Shown: positions 1-10,482 of the stretch, in pieces
Layout of the letters: every line of letters begins with the position of its first letter
Numbering within the stretch: position 1 is the stretch's first letter
From: Promethearchaeota archaeon
GTDB lineage: Archaea > Asgardarchaeota > Thorarchaeia > Thorarchaeales > Thorarchaeaceae
Direction: 5' to 3'
DNA: 64,000 nucleotides
Assembly (NCBI GenBank): GCA_048939765.1
Contig: JBHLPF010000020.1
Span: 4,527 to 68,526 of the forward strand
The notes under the pieces: model-generated
What the model saw: the letters and a program-made list of their open reading frames with translations, nothing else
Told to the model about the DNA's origin: nothing
The model's database searches: none
Program-made: the position numbers and the translations under genes

Positions 1-575
1 GTCACTCCCACGTATGCACAAGTGTAGTCGGGATTGTCCTGAGCGTCTCCTGAAAGGCAGTGGAGACAACCGGTCTTGTCAGGAATGAAGGTACTCAGGT
101 TACTGTGAAACTCGATTGCCCCGGCGAATACATAGGGAATCTTCAGGGACACGCTGGCTCGATTAACAGCGAATCTGGTCTTGAAAGAGTCAAGACCATC
201 AATTATGATGTCAGACCCATTGAGGAGAGTTCTTGCATTGTCCTCAGCCAGAGAGGCGCTTATGGGTTCGAACTCGACATCCGGGTTAAGTAATGCAAGA
301 TTTGCGGCAGCAGCTTCGGCCTTGGGCATGCCAATGTCCACTGTGTTGTATACTGTCTGCCTTTGAATGTTTGATAACTCAACGATATCTCGATCGATAA
401 TTCGTATTTTGCCAAATCCAATGGCTGTCAATAGGCGGAGAGCCGGGCTTCCAAGACCACCAGCACCTACCACAGAAACAGTCGATGCAACTATTGATTC
501 CATATCACTCTCTGAGAAATCGTGGAGAGCAAGCATCCGTGAATACCGTTCTTTTTGTTTTGCAGTGAGTTTCAT
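1..575 (-). CDS. moeB: MoeB/ThiF/E1-like adenylyltransferase (runs off the window start)
   Basis: Manual translation of the minus strand: MKLTAKQKERYSRMLAL...VSVVGAGGLGSPAL...IIDRDIVELSNIQRQ, with RYSR, GxGGLG and SNxQRQ motifs; absent from the ORF track because it is truncated. Confidence 0.85.
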   Translation of the reverse strand, partial: MKLTAKQKERYSRMLALHDFSESDMESIVASTVSVVGAGGLGSPALRLLTAIGFGKIRIIDRDIVELSNIQRQTVYNTVDIGMPKAEAAAANLALLNPDVEFEPISASLAEDNARTLLNGSDIIIDGLDSFKTRFAVNRASVSLKIPYVFAGAIEFHSNLSTFIPDKTGCLHCLSGDAQDNPDYTCAYVGV

Positions 576-943
576 GGCTTTCATTAGAGTGGTGTATGTC
601 CAACTTAATCTATCGATAGGAGGACGGCGTGTTCGAAATCATGTACAGAAGACAAGTATGGTGTACAATGAGTTGAACATATGCGTTCAATGCGTAGCAT
701 ATTATCAATTTGGGAGGAATATAACTCAGAGTACCAGTAATGAAAATCGCGTCGGAATACGACTTGACAGCACCTGCATTGGTGCAGAACTCCTGGATCT
801 CCATTGTGACTTGGTGTGGGGAAGTCGCTTCAGAAGTGACGTTTTCCTTTTGGTGAAACAAGGCACGCACGGCGGGTGAGTGGCCCGGCATGCGACATCA
901 AAATCGATGAATCAAGCAACTAGTGGATAGAAGGTCAGGCAGA

Positions 944-2287
944 ATGAGAAACAAAAGATGCACACTCACAGTCATCCTCCTGCTAGTGTTCTCCGTGGAG
1001 ATCATTCAGATTGTGGGATCAGGCGGGAAGCTGATGTTCTTGGGTGAACCAACGGTGGAGGTATTCAGGGGAGGAAAACAGTATGCATTCATGCTCTCAT
1101 GGGATGATGGAGGAGACGATCTGCAGTTTTCGTTCCTCGAAGATGAGATTGGATTTCAACATACAACATTCGCAGTTACTAGCAACATTCAGCGCAAAAG
1201 ACTCTGGGGACTGGATATGCTTTTCCGTGGCCATGACATTCAATCACACTCTAGATTGCATGTGCATCATGCTACAATCAATGCTTCATATTGTGAAGAA
1301 CTTCTGCAACAGAGTATTGTGGATATTGAAGAAATCTATGGATATACACCCATCCTATTTGCGTATCCTTACGGGTCTCAAAATGCAGTGGTTCAGGAGC
1401 TTGTAAAGGAATATTTCAGGATAGGTAGGGGCATCAGGTATGAATGTGAGGAGAGTCTTGGGTCTTGGCCTATAAAAAGAGAAGGCAATGCCCTGCATTC
1501 ATTCCCAAGTGTTGATGGAGTTCAGGGTTCAACTATCAGCACACTCATCAGCTCGTTCAATCAGATGGTTTCCCATGATGATGGTGTTCATCGAGCATAC
1601 AAATGCTATGGACACTCAAAGTGGTTCAATGGCAATGAGCGAGATGAGTTCTTCGAGGCGCTTCGAAGAATCGCCTTTAGGAACGATACATGGTATACAA
1701 GTTGGGGAGAAGCTGTAGCTTATCAGATCACCAGAAGCAATGTCCTCATAGAGAGACACATTGGTGCCGACTCTATGGTTTCATTTGTGACCGCAATTGG
1801 GAGTAATTTCGACTATGGAATTCCAATTACATACCGGATTGAGATACCTACATCTTGGAACAATATCAACGTGATTGATGGGGGCAAGACTTCTGATAGG
1901 TTCTCAGTGATTGAAGGCGATTCGAAGAAATATCTCCTGTTGGACTCTGTTCCACACGGTCAGAGGATAAAGGTCATTCCAGGTATTCCAGAGGACTCAT
2001 CAAGGCCAGTGATAAATAACCTTCGGACAATCGTTACCGAGGAGGGGGTTGCCTTCATGGCTGATGTCGTTGATGGAGGGAGTTTCATATGTGATGTCAA
2101 AATGACCATACATGGAAACGACGAGGTTTGGCAATTCAACCGTGTTCTCAATCCCGTTTTTTGGGCGAATAGTACCTTCGGTCGTGTCATCTTTGAACTA
2201 GAGCCCGGATGCTATGATTTGACAGTCACTGCAATAGACTCCTGTGGGAACAAAGCCTCTCTAAGTCGATGGTTCAATCTGACATGA
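944..2287 (+). CDS. Secreted or membrane-anchored polysaccharide deacetylase (NodB-like) with C-terminal beta-rich domain
   Basis: N-terminal hydrophobic segment; SWDDG, SHSRLH and FAYPYG motifs. Confidence 0.7.
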   Translation: MRNKRCTLTVILLLVFSVEIIQIVGSGGKLMFLGEPTVEVFRGGKQYAFMLSWDDGGDDLQFSFLEDEIGFQHTTFAVTSNIQRKRLWGLDMLFRGHDIQSHSRLHVHHATINASYCEELLQQSIVDIEEIYGYTPILFAYPYGSQNAVVQELVKEYFRIGRGIRYECEESLGSWPIKREGNALHSFPSVDGVQGSTISTLISSFNQMVSHDDGVHRAYKCYGHSKWFNGNERDEFFEALRRIAFRNDTWYTSWGEAVAYQITRSNVLIERHIGADSMVSFVTAIGSNFDYGIPITYRIEIPTSWNNINVIDGGKTSDRFSVIEGDSKKYLLLDSVPHGQRIKVIPGIPEDSSRPVINNLRTIVTEEGVAFMADVVDGGSFICDVKMTIHGNDEVWQFNRVLNPVFWANSTFGRVIFELEPGCYDLTVTAIDSCGNKASLSRWFNLT

Positions 2288-2328
2288 ACAACCAGATGTT
2301 TATGTAGATGATTCGCAGAATAGGCATT

Positions 2329-2799
2329 ATGAACCTTCTTGAGAGAATGGGACAATATCTCGTTTGGGCTGACAGGACGATATGGGATATCGTGCAGAAA
2401 CTGAGCGATGAGGAATTCGATAGGTCGCTCGGTGAGGGCGGGGGCAGCATCAAAAAGCGATACATCCATCTTGCACAAGACACATGGGAATGGTATCACG
2501 ATTGGATTGACAAGGAACCGAATGATAGGCCCGACTTTGATGGAATGAACAGAGATGCCTTATTCAAGTTCCTTACGGACTACATCAATAGATTCCTCAA
2601 GATGATTGATGACACGGTTGTGGACAAGATCACATTCGAGAGTGAGGGAAAGAGAATTACCATCAGATTTGAGGAGATTCTGTTCCATCTCGTGAATCAT
2701 GCAGCCTATCATCGAGGTCAAATCGTCATGGCGCTACGACTTCTTGGCAAAGAAGTGAAGATGACTGACTACGTTCCATATAGACGCGCGATTGGATAG
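2329..2799 (+). CDS. DinB/YfiT family protein
   Basis: SIKKRYIHL and HLVNHAAYHRGQI motifs. Confidence 0.85.
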   Translation: MNLLERMGQYLVWADRTIWDIVQKLSDEEFDRSLGEGGGSIKKRYIHLAQDTWEWYHDWIDKEPNDRPDFDGMNRDALFKFLTDYINRFLKMIDDTVVDKITFESEGKRITIRFEEILFHLVNHAAYHRGQIVMALRLLGKEVKMTDYVPYRRAIG

Positions 2800-2948
2800 A
2801 AAGCACCTAAATCACCAGGAGGCTGGCTCGCTAGTTCCGTCTTTCTTGAGGATTATATACGACGGACGGTGAACGATTGTCCAAGATGAGGGTTTCCTAT
2901 CTATCCTGAAGAGATATTATGGGTGATAAGCCCTTTCACAAACAGATC

Positions 2949-4445
2949 TCACTTCTTCAGAGCCACAATGCTCTCTCTCAGTTTGAAAGACCTTCTTTGT
3001 CCAGAACGCCGAGGCCTCGCCACCTCAACAGATTCAATCGTAAAGCCAATAGCCACTCCCATCCGTGCCAAGATTAGGTCCGCTGGAATATACACACCTG
3101 CTATGAGGGAATCACCGATTACTATGATGAACGGTGCGTCTTTCTTGAGACCTCTGTATACATTTCTGAACACATGGTACACATCGTCGAAATACTTCCG
3201 GACAACATTGTGCATGTCCTTTCGTCTATAGCCTTCCTTTGATTTGATTCGATAGGCAATTCTCCCAGCAATCTCCTCAATCCATCTATCTTCATAGGCG
3301 CGAGGTCTTTCCGAAAACCCTCTGATGATGGATCGGGAAACATTGTCGCATGCCACCATTTCATCCTTCAACCGACTTAGGTCTTCATAGCCATTTACCA
3401 TGTCAAGCCAAGCCATCTCTATCTTGTAGTTAATGACATAGTCCAATCCATTGACATATGGAGGGCTTGTGATGGCGATATCAATGGAACCAGGCTCGTA
3501 TTGGACTAGTCGTGAGTCATCTTCTACTACCTCGACTTGGCCTTGAGGTTGATTCTGAACACTTGCAAGATCTTCAATCATGTCGTGCACCTTCTCTCTG
3601 AACAAGTTGAAAGGCGCATCATCAGAAACAGTCTTGGTCAAATCGTAGCCCAAGCAGGGGGACCGTTTCAGGTTGCTGGAGTCAACCAAGATACTGGAAA
3701 ACGCCAATCTGAAAAGATCGCGAATCTCTGATTGCATGATATCTGATATTGACTGCTTGAGAATGAGTAGGTTCTTCAGAACTCCCTCATTGAAGTGTGA
3801 CTTCCACCTCCTGAGGAAGGTCGGTGAGCTCAGTCTTGGCTCCTGAGTCCAGTCAAGGCCTTCGAGTTCGCTTCTGACTCTATTCACATCTAAATCCCAG
3901 TTCGTCTTTATTCGGGTCATGAAGGACATCAACGGTGCGAGGTCGACACCAATGGCGTCCATCCCTTTCATTTTGGCGCTCACTAGAACTGTTCCACTGC
4001 CTGCGAATGGATCGAGCACCCTATGCCCAGGTTCCATTTCATAGCGTTGCAGCATATTGTCGACAAAGTCAGCTGAGAACCCCTGCACGTACGGAGCCCA
4101 CCTCTGAATCTTCTTCTCCATGAAGTGGTTTGCAGAGAATGTTATGGTAGCACCATCATACTTCGATAATTGAATGCCATATTGGTCAGCGAATCTTTCC
4201 TCATACTCTGCAGGACTAATGAACTCGGGATCATTCTCTATCTGTTCATACTCCTTGAGAACCCATAGTCCCCTTCCCATTCTGACAACTGTACCGCGTT
4301 CCCAAAGAGCCTGAACACATCCACCTACTGTTTCGAGGTCTTCATCTATCGCTAATGCAATCTGTTTGAGCGTGACACCTATCGTGAGAGAACTCCTCAC
4401 AGTTTCGACTACTCGGTCTTCCAACCCAGACAGGGAATGCACCAC
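2949..4445 (-). CDS. Orphan DNA amino-methyltransferase (SPPY type, probably m4C) with N-terminal winged-helix domain
   Basis: DPFAGSGT (motif I) precedes ITSPPY (motif IV); N-terminal ~65 aa resemble a wHTH; no adjacent endonuclease. Confidence 0.8.
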   Translation of the reverse strand: MVHSLSGLEDRVVETVRSSLTIGVTLKQIALAIDEDLETVGGCVQALWERGTVVRMGRGLWVLKEYEQIENDPEFISPAEYEERFADQYGIQLSKYDGATITFSANHFMEKKIQRWAPYVQGFSADFVDNMLQRYEMEPGHRVLDPFAGSGTVLVSAKMKGMDAIGVDLAPLMSFMTRIKTNWDLDVNRVRSELEGLDWTQEPRLSSPTFLRRWKSHFNEGVLKNLLILKQSISDIMQSEIRDLFRLAFSSILVDSSNLKRSPCLGYDLTKTVSDDAPFNLFREKVHDMIEDLASVQNQPQGQVEVVEDDSRLVQYEPGSIDIAITSPPYVNGLDYVINYKIEMAWLDMVNGYEDLSRLKDEMVACDNVSRSIIRGFSERPRAYEDRWIEEIAGRIAYRIKSKEGYRRKDMHNVVRKYFDDVYHVFRNVYRGLKKDAPFIIVIGDSLIAGVYIPADLILARMGVAIGFTIESVEVARPRRSGQRRSFKLRESIVALKK

Positions 4446-4530
4446 CGCTCTAGAGCCATATTCTTCGGGGTCTTTTGATATGCATCTGGGCTTGTTAAAG
4501 CATGTGGATATTCGGACGCTCCTGAATGAG

Positions 4531-5232
4531 TCATCCCGTTAGCTGAACCAACCATTCATGGATTGGCGTCATTCTTAATATGTGTTCGAAACAGACATCG
4601 ACCAGTTTTGGTTTCTTCAAGACACTAACAGGTATCTTTGGTGAACTAGCATAAAGGCCATTGAAACGAAGCAATTCAGCCCGAGGATGGTCTGCATCAT
4701 AGCCTCTGGGGACTTTCTTGTAGTGCTCACCTCCAATACTGTACCCGCTAAGGGACCTAACCTTGTCAACTGCTTTGACCAGCTTCGTACCGGAAACATT
4801 GTCCAGAACAGAATTTCGATATTTTTCTAACAACTGTTTCGGAAACTGCCACAATCCGCCATGGATCCCTCCACCAGTTTCATCTATCCCAATAAAGAAG
4901 CCAGGTCGCTCCTTCTTCTTTCCAGGTCCTTCCCAGAATCGGACTCTTAATCTTGTGTTGTAGGGAGATTTGTCCTTGCTGAAACGGACATCACGATAGA
5001 TTCGCAAAATCGATCCGCTACCATTGGTGCGAGTATCATAGACCATATCTTCAGAGATGCTGGTAAGACGTTCTCCAAGAGCAACCACAAAGCTCTGTGC
5101 AGGTTTCACCAAAAGCTCTTGATAGTCGTTCTTTCGTTCATTGAACCATTCACGATAGTTGTTCTCTTTCAGTTCCGCGAGGAATCCCAGACCATTTTTT
5201 GGAAACCCTGTGAATGCTTGAATATCATTCAT
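4531..5232 (-). CDS. DUF2461 family protein
   Basis: FLAELKENNYREWF, RIYRDVRFSKDKSPY and KKVPRGYDADHP motifs. Confidence 0.85.
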   Translation of the reverse strand: MNDIQAFTGFPKNGLGFLAELKENNYREWFNERKNDYQELLVKPAQSFVVALGERLTSISEDMVYDTRTNGSGSILRIYRDVRFSKDKSPYNTRLRVRFWEGPGKKKERPGFFIGIDETGGGIHGGLWQFPKQLLEKYRNSVLDNVSGTKLVKAVDKVRSLSGYSIGGEHYKKVPRGYDADHPRAELLRFNGLYASSPKIPVSVLKKPKLVDVCFEHILRMTPIHEWLVQLTG

Positions 5233-5327
5233 TCTAACCGCTCCTCATACTAATCGATTCATTATAGTTAATCATGTTCATCGTATAAGTGGGTTTGCAT
5301 CTATGATTTCGTACTAAGCTGAGAACC

Positions 5328-5489
5328 CTAGAGAGCTAAATCAGATTTATTCACTGCATGTCTTGTGATTTCAAGGTTGCATGATTTTCGTTCTCGGCAC
5401 CAATCTTCACATTTCTTTGCCCAATGCTCTTCCTTGTAGAGAAGCATGCATTCTTCGCATAGATATAATCCGTTAACACGTTTGGTCAT
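5328..5489 (-). CDS. 53-aa Cys-rich small protein (CxxC...C..WC....SCNLEITRHA)
   Basis: Manual translation MTKRVNGLYLCEECMLLYKEEHWAKKCEDWCRERKSCNLEITRHAVNKSDLAL; paralog at 54708-54869. Confidence 0.75.
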   Translation of the reverse strand: MTKRVNGLYLCEECMLLYKEEHWAKKCEDWCRERKSCNLEITRHAVNKSDLAL

Positions 5490-5548
5490 TGCACGAAAAT
5501 ACGAAATTGAGACGATATTACTCTAACGATGTCGTATCTGATGAATAA

Positions 5549-5690
5549 CTAAAGTGACATGCCTACATCAACTGGAAGAATAGCCCCTGTACAAGAATTT
5601 GCCAACGCAAGGTACATGATGCCCTTCAGCAATCTCGGCAGGAGTCGCTAGTCTTCCCAGAGGCTGTCTTTCGATGACCTGCTTTCAAGC
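5549..5690 (-). pseudogene. C-terminal remnant of an SDR (FabG-like) oxidoreductase
   Basis: Minus strand reads QVIERQPLGRLATPAEIAEGIMYLALANSCTGAILPVDVGMSL*; no N-terminal Rossmann motif seen upstream. Confidence 0.65.
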
Positions 5691-5933
5691 GTGGCCTCAG
5701 CATCGACTATAGTAAACTCAACAGGAAGAGTGTCCAACACCGTAGAAAGGAAATCCATTGACAGTACGTTCAGCGAATTTGGGAGCGGCTCGATCTTGAC
5801 ACATCACGCCCAATTTCGTTCCAGTTCGGCATCCTATTGGTCTGTGTGATTGAAGGGAATCAGCAGATGATTGCATCAAGAGGTGTTAAATGGTCGTTGT
5901 GACAAAGGGATTGGTGTATGCCGGTGTGATGAC

Positions 5934-6584
5934 ATGAGTGGTGAAACTGACCAACTTGAGAAGAATCCCTTCGATATATGTGTCTGGAAGGCAAAGGAAG
6001 AGTGTGGCGACTGTTCGCTTCACAATGAGATACACTGTGAGATGCATCGAAATGACACGTTGATGTTTGGAGGCAGTGCAATGCTGTTCTTCATTCCCTC
6101 CATCGGGGGCATGCTTCTTGGTGGTATGTGGCCCTGGGTCATTGGATATTTCATCTACTGGTTGATCTTCTTCGAGCTCTGGGAGAACAGGATTCTTTGT
6201 AGTCATTGCCCATTCTACGCCGAGGACGGGGGGCAAGGCCACACTCTGCATTGCTACGCAAACTATGGACTGTATAAGACCTGGCCATACAATCCAAGTC
6301 CAATGAGCCGATCTCATCGGATTCAATTCCTAGTCGCTCTCACCATCTTTGCTGGCTATCCAATTCCATTCCTCATCTTGAGCAACCAATTGCTCTTTCT
6401 TGGTTTGACAATTGCCGGGATTGGAATATGGTTGAGTGTGTTGAAGTCCAATATCTGTCCGAGATGTGTGAACTTCTCATGCCCACTGAACGGTGTACCA
6501 AAGGAGACCGTGGATGCATTCCTCAAGCGAAACCCCGTGATGATGAAGGCATGGATAGATAGTGGCTATGAGTTGAGTGCTTAG
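5934..6584 (+). CDS. Membrane protein with Cys/His clusters (CSHCPFY, CPRCVNFSCP)
   Basis: About four hydrophobic segments and Cys motifs; GGTG-type RBS before ATG 5934. Confidence 0.65.
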   Translation: MSGETDQLEKNPFDICVWKAKEECGDCSLHNEIHCEMHRNDTLMFGGSAMLFFIPSIGGMLLGGMWPWVIGYFIYWLIFFELWENRILCSHCPFYAEDGGQGHTLHCYANYGLYKTWPYNPSPMSRSHRIQFLVALTIFAGYPIPFLILSNQLLFLGLTIAGIGIWLSVLKSNICPRCVNFSCPLNGVPKETVDAFLKRNPVMMKAWIDSGYELSA

Positions 6585-6589
6585 ATAAG

Positions 6590-6833
6590 GGCTATACACG
6601 AAGTCTATTCTGCAATCGCATTGAAGGCCAGAGCGGCGGATTGGATTAGAAATCATACCTCTGTTCACACATCAACCCATGAACTTGCCAAGATTGTATC
6701 CCAGTCAAAGCCGAAGCGCCTCGTTCTAAACCACCAGCTTTTCTGGTCGGATTCTGAAACCGAACTACTCCAAGAGAGCAAGAACAGGTACGATGGAATC
6801 GTGGCATCCGGCAATGACCTCGACGTATTCTGA
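6590..6833 (+). pseudogene. C-terminal fragment of an RNase Z/AtsA-like MBL-fold hydrolase
   Basis: IHEVYS...HTSTHELAKIV...PKRLVLNHQLFW...GNDLDVF; the N-terminal HxHxDH part is missing and the fragment starts right after the previous stop. Confidence 0.65.
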
Positions 6834-6836
6834 AGC

Positions 6837-8048
6837 CTAGAATAGTGTGACCTCCACCATTTCACCTTCTTCAATGACATCAAGATTTACTGGCAATATG
6901 ATGTAGCCATCGGCATTTGCCATGCTTGTGATGGCACCAGAATGCTTGTACACTGGATGGGCCACACCGTCTTGAATTCTTACTGTCAGAAATTGCTGAC
7001 GACCAGATGATGAAACGATACGTTTGCCAATCTTTGCCGTAACAGTCTTGGGCGGCACTGGCGGAAGCCTTGCCATTTGTCTAATAGCAGGAATAAGAAA
7101 CACGTAGGCATTACTGAGACAGGATGTGGGGTATCCCGGCATTCCAAACACAGGGGTATTGTCAGCTAATCCAAACAAGGTAGGTTTGCCAGGTTTAATC
7201 TGAACTCCGTGGAAGAAGACTTCACCAATTTCTGCGAGAATCCCTGCTAGTAAGTCCTTCTCGCCAACCGAGCTTCCCCCAGAGAGCACCACCATATTAT
7301 GCGTACATGCTTCGGTTATGGCGTTCTTGAGTAGTACATAATCATCCCCTACAATAGCATACCGTTCGACTTTAGCACCATTCTCACGAAGGACTGCTTC
7401 CAGCGTGAATGAATTGACATCGTAAATCTGGCCTGGAGAGAGTGGGTTTCCGGGTGCGACTATCTCCTCTCCTGTTGGGATGACAGCAACACTTGGTCTG
7501 GCGTAGACCTCGACATCAGTTCTTCCCAGCGCTGCTAAGGTACCAATCTTGGCTGGCGATAACCAGCTTCCGGCAGTCAGAACAATGTTGCCTTCTACAA
7601 TATCCTCTCCCTTCTTCGAAATATTGGCACCGGGATAGACCGGTCGTGTCACCAGAATTTGGTTCTCGTGTTTCTCAGTGTATTCCACCATGACCACAGC
7701 ATCTGCACCCTGCGGCAAAGGCGATCCGGTGGCAATCTGAATGCAACACCCTGGTGTAACTGCATTCTCAGAAACGTCACCTGCATGGATGACACCTTTG
7801 AGCTCCAATTTGATTCCACCCTCATCAGCCCCAAAGGTGTCCTCTGCGATGACTGCATATCCATCCATCGCGGACCTATTGAAGGGAGGTACAGAGCGAT
7901 CTGCCAGGATGTCTGTGGCAAGGACTCTACCTGATGCAGCTGATATTGGAACGGTTTCTGTCGCATCAAGAGGCCTACAGTTCCTCAAGACTAGTTTCTC
8001 TGCTTCGTGCTGCGAAACAAGCAGTTTGAATGGTTCCATCTCTTTCAT
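6837..8048 (-). CDS. moeA: Molybdopterin molybdenumtransferase
   Basis: PPFNRSAMDGYAV, TGEE, SGGSSVG, KPGKP and PGYPTS motifs. Confidence 0.95.
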   Translation of the reverse strand: MKEMEPFKLLVSQHEAEKLVLRNCRPLDATETVPISAASGRVLATDILADRSVPPFNRSAMDGYAVIAEDTFGADEGGIKLELKGVIHAGDVSENAVTPGCCIQIATGSPLPQGADAVVMVEYTEKHENQILVTRPVYPGANISKKGEDIVEGNIVLTAGSWLSPAKIGTLAALGRTDVEVYARPSVAVIPTGEEIVAPGNPLSPGQIYDVNSFTLEAVLRENGAKVERYAIVGDDYVLLKNAITEACTHNMVVLSGGSSVGEKDLLAGILAEIGEVFFHGVQIKPGKPTLFGLADNTPVFGMPGYPTSCLSNAYVFLIPAIRQMARLPPVPPKTVTAKIGKRIVSSSGRQQFLTVRIQDGVAHPVYKHSGAITSMANADGYIILPVNLDVIEEGEMVEVTLF

Positions 8049-8545
8049 CGGTCGACCTCCCATAATAAATGGCCAATGCTTGGAAGAATGATCTCTTTCA
8101 ATGCGGTGGTCATTGCATTCTTTGAGCCAGGAAGACAGAACACCACCTTCCTCCCGATTAATCCTGCAGTTGCCCGACTATAGATTCCTGGCAAGCCAAT
8201 CTCTGTAAGGCTCAAGCGTCTAAAGTGCTCTCCAAATCCTTCCAGTGTCTTCTCGAAGAGCTGCCCTAATACGCCTGCAGTCAGGTCCTTCTTGCTAACT
8301 CCCGTGCCTCCGCTTGTGAGAATGACTCTAATCTCAGAATCATCAATATATCTCAGTATCATCTTTCTAATTGCATTGGATTCATTGGGCACAATGTCGT
8401 AGGCGCCAATTTTATGCCCTTCAGCAATAGCCAGTTCCTTTGCAATCTTGCCTGATTTGTCGGTTGCCTCCGTACGTGTGTCACTGACTACAAGAACCGC
8501 GAACGTTGTTTCGACCTTCTGGTCCCTTCTGTGTTCATCGCTCAT
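8045..8545 (-). CDS. moaB: Molybdopterin adenylyltransferase MoaB/MogA
   Basis: VSDTR, DKSG, SGGTG and FCLPGS motifs. Confidence 0.92.
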   Translation of the reverse strand: MSDEHRRDQKVETTFAVLVVSDTRTEATDKSGKIAKELAIAEGHKIGAYDIVPNESNAIRKMILRYIDDSEIRVILTSGGTGVSKKDLTAGVLGQLFEKTLEGFGEHFRRLSLTEIGLPGIYSRATAGLIGRKVVFCLPGSKNAMTTALKEIILPSIGHLLWEVDR

Positions 8546-9408
8546 TGTAGTTCGGCCTTCTCTTTCTTGATTACTCGTACTCCATCTAGACGCGCAGTTG
8601 GATATTGCCCATCTGAGTCCTTCTCCAGATACTTTGTCATATCCCAGATTGAGAGAAGTGCTGTTGTGATACCAACCAAGGCCTCCATCTCGACACCTGT
8701 GGAGTATGTGGCAACGACTTCACATGTGCCTGTTATGTGGTCATCATGAAACCTGAAAGAAATATCCACCGAAGACAATGGTATTTGATGGCAAAGCGGA
8801 ATGATATCGGAAGTCTTCTTGGCGGCCATAATGCCTGCTATCTCGGACACTGAAAGCACATCCCCTTTCTTTGTTGTACCTAAACGTACTGCCTCCACAG
8901 TATTTGGACTGAGAACCAAATCACCAACCGCAACAGCCCTTCTGAACACCTGAAACTTCTCAGAAATGTCCACCATCTTGGTTTCAGAACGCTGCTTTGC
9001 ATCAGTTTCTCCAACCCAATGATCGCCTTCATCGTAGAATTCATGCTTCCATATTGGCACAATTTCCTTCAATCGTTCAATGACATGCCTGCACCCCTGA
9101 AATGCGTCGGCTCTATGGGCAGCTCCTACAACGATAATGACGATGTTCTGTCCAACCTGAATCTTGCCTTTTCTATGAACCACTGAAACATCAGTCACTT
9201 CGAATTTAGAGATCGCCTCATCGCGAATCTTCTCAAGTTCTTTTACAGCTTGATCGTCATCAGCTTCAAACTCTAGTTTCTCAACTACCTTGCCTCGACT
9301 CGTGTCTCTGACACTGCCTAAGAAGATGACAATGGCTCCCATCTCTGGTCGCCTAGTCTGCGATATGACTTGTTCAATAGCGAAGTCTTGATCTGTGACC
9401 TCTATCAT
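8542..9408 (-). CDS. MoaE-MoaC fusion
   Basis: N-terminal MoaE (FLGSVR, HRKG, AHRADAF, LKEIVPIWKHE) followed by MoaC (MVDISEK, KGDVL, IPLCHQI, TGVEMEAL, IWDMTK). Confidence 0.9.
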   Translation of the reverse strand: MIEVTDQDFAIEQVISQTRRPEMGAIVIFLGSVRDTSRGKVVEKLEFEADDDQAVKELEKIRDEAISKFEVTDVSVVHRKGKIQVGQNIVIIVVGAAHRADAFQGCRHVIERLKEIVPIWKHEFYDEGDHWVGETDAKQRSETKMVDISEKFQVFRRAVAVGDLVLSPNTVEAVRLGTTKKGDVLSVSEIAGIMAAKKTSDIIPLCHQIPLSSVDISFRFHDDHITGTCEVVATYSTGVEMEALVGITTALLSIWDMTKYLEKDSDGQYPTARLDGVRVIKKEKAELQ

Positions 9409-10409
9409 TTTGATTCGTCCTCCTGCCAATATGGCTCCCGCAGAGATGCGGCTTTCACATATGCACCAAGCAACAGGTTATCGTATTTGCAGTCAGATAG
9501 AAGGTGTCGGACATGTACTAGATTGTCTTCTCGATACAGACAGGGTTTGAGCTTTCCATCGGATGTGACTCTAAGACGAGTGCAGTTTTTGCAGAAACTC
9601 GAATTGCCCATGGATCTTACAACTTCCACCTCCACCGATCCATTCTCAACTGGAATGGTATATCGCCTTCTGCCGTGAAGGGTTCGTTGTTCGATCTTCG
9701 TAGCGACCTGCTGAAACTGTTCTTCGAGTCCATCCATTCTAGTTCTTTGGTCATCGAGTTTCATATTTGGCTGCGTTGGAATGTCTTGAAGCTCAATCAA
9801 CTGTAGAATTGCGCCTAATCCCGAAGCGAAGCGCATCATGGAGTGTATTTCGTCATCATTGATTGACTTGATGAGTGTCATGTTGATTTTCACTGGTGAA
9901 AGACCTGCATCTATCGCACTCTGTATGCCTCGCTTGACCTTTGATAGATTGTTGAACCCCGTGATTCTTTGGTAGGTTGGCGCTCGAAGGGTGTGAAGGC
10001 TCACATTCACTCGGTCTAATCCAGCATTTTTCAAGTCAGTAGCCATTTCTTCGAGAAATGTGCCATTGGTTGTGAGTGACAAATCCTCAACAACTGGGGA
10101 AACCCTCCTGATAATCTCAAGTATATCTGAACGTAGCAGAGGCTCTCCGCCAGTTAGCTTCACTCTTGTGACACCATGTGCCACGCCCACTTGCACAAGG
10201 CGCTCAATTTCCTCAGGGCTCATCTCAGGTCCATCCAGAGATTGACCCTCTGTATGACAGAAGAAACAAGCATGATTGCACTTCTGTGTAAGGGATATCC
10301 TCAGATAGTTGATGTGTCGACCGTAGGCATCAACAAGTGGTTCATGTGCACAGGTTGGCTCTCTCTTTCGAATGGAGTCCTTGTCAGATTCTAGCATGGA
10401 TTTCAACAC
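9405..10409 (-). CDS. moaA: GTP 3',8-cyclase (radical SAM)
   Basis: YLRISLTQKCNHACFFC, TGGEPLLR and FCKNCTRLRVTSDGKLKPCL motifs. Confidence 0.95.
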   Translation of the reverse strand: MLKSMLESDKDSIRKREPTCAHEPLVDAYGRHINYLRISLTQKCNHACFFCHTEGQSLDGPEMSPEEIERLVQVGVAHGVTRVKLTGGEPLLRSDILEIIRRVSPVVEDLSLTTNGTFLEEMATDLKNAGLDRVNVSLHTLRAPTYQRITGFNNLSKVKRGIQSAIDAGLSPVKINMTLIKSINDDEIHSMMRFASGLGAILQLIELQDIPTQPNMKLDDQRTRMDGLEEQFQQVATKIEQRTLHGRRRYTIPVENGSVEVEVVRSMGNSSFCKNCTRLRVTSDGKLKPCLYREDNLVHVRHLLSDCKYDNLLLGAYVKAASLREPYWQEDESK

Positions 10410-10434
10410 GCTCCATACTTGTAGATTGATAATT

Positions 10435-10452
10435 GTTATGTTTGGTCATGCA
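10435..10452. promoter_or_regulatory. Candidate operator upstream of moaA (GTTATGTTTGGTCATGCA)
   Basis: 17/18 identical to 13372-13389 upstream of tupA. Confidence 0.55.
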
Positions 10453-10482
10453 GCTCGGTCAAATAGACATGTAGATACCGAC

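Noticed and set aside
60-891. ORFs 60-293, 181-366, 367-879 and 610-891
   Set aside because: The first three are antisense shadows of the minus-strand moeB; 610-891 has no recognisable motif
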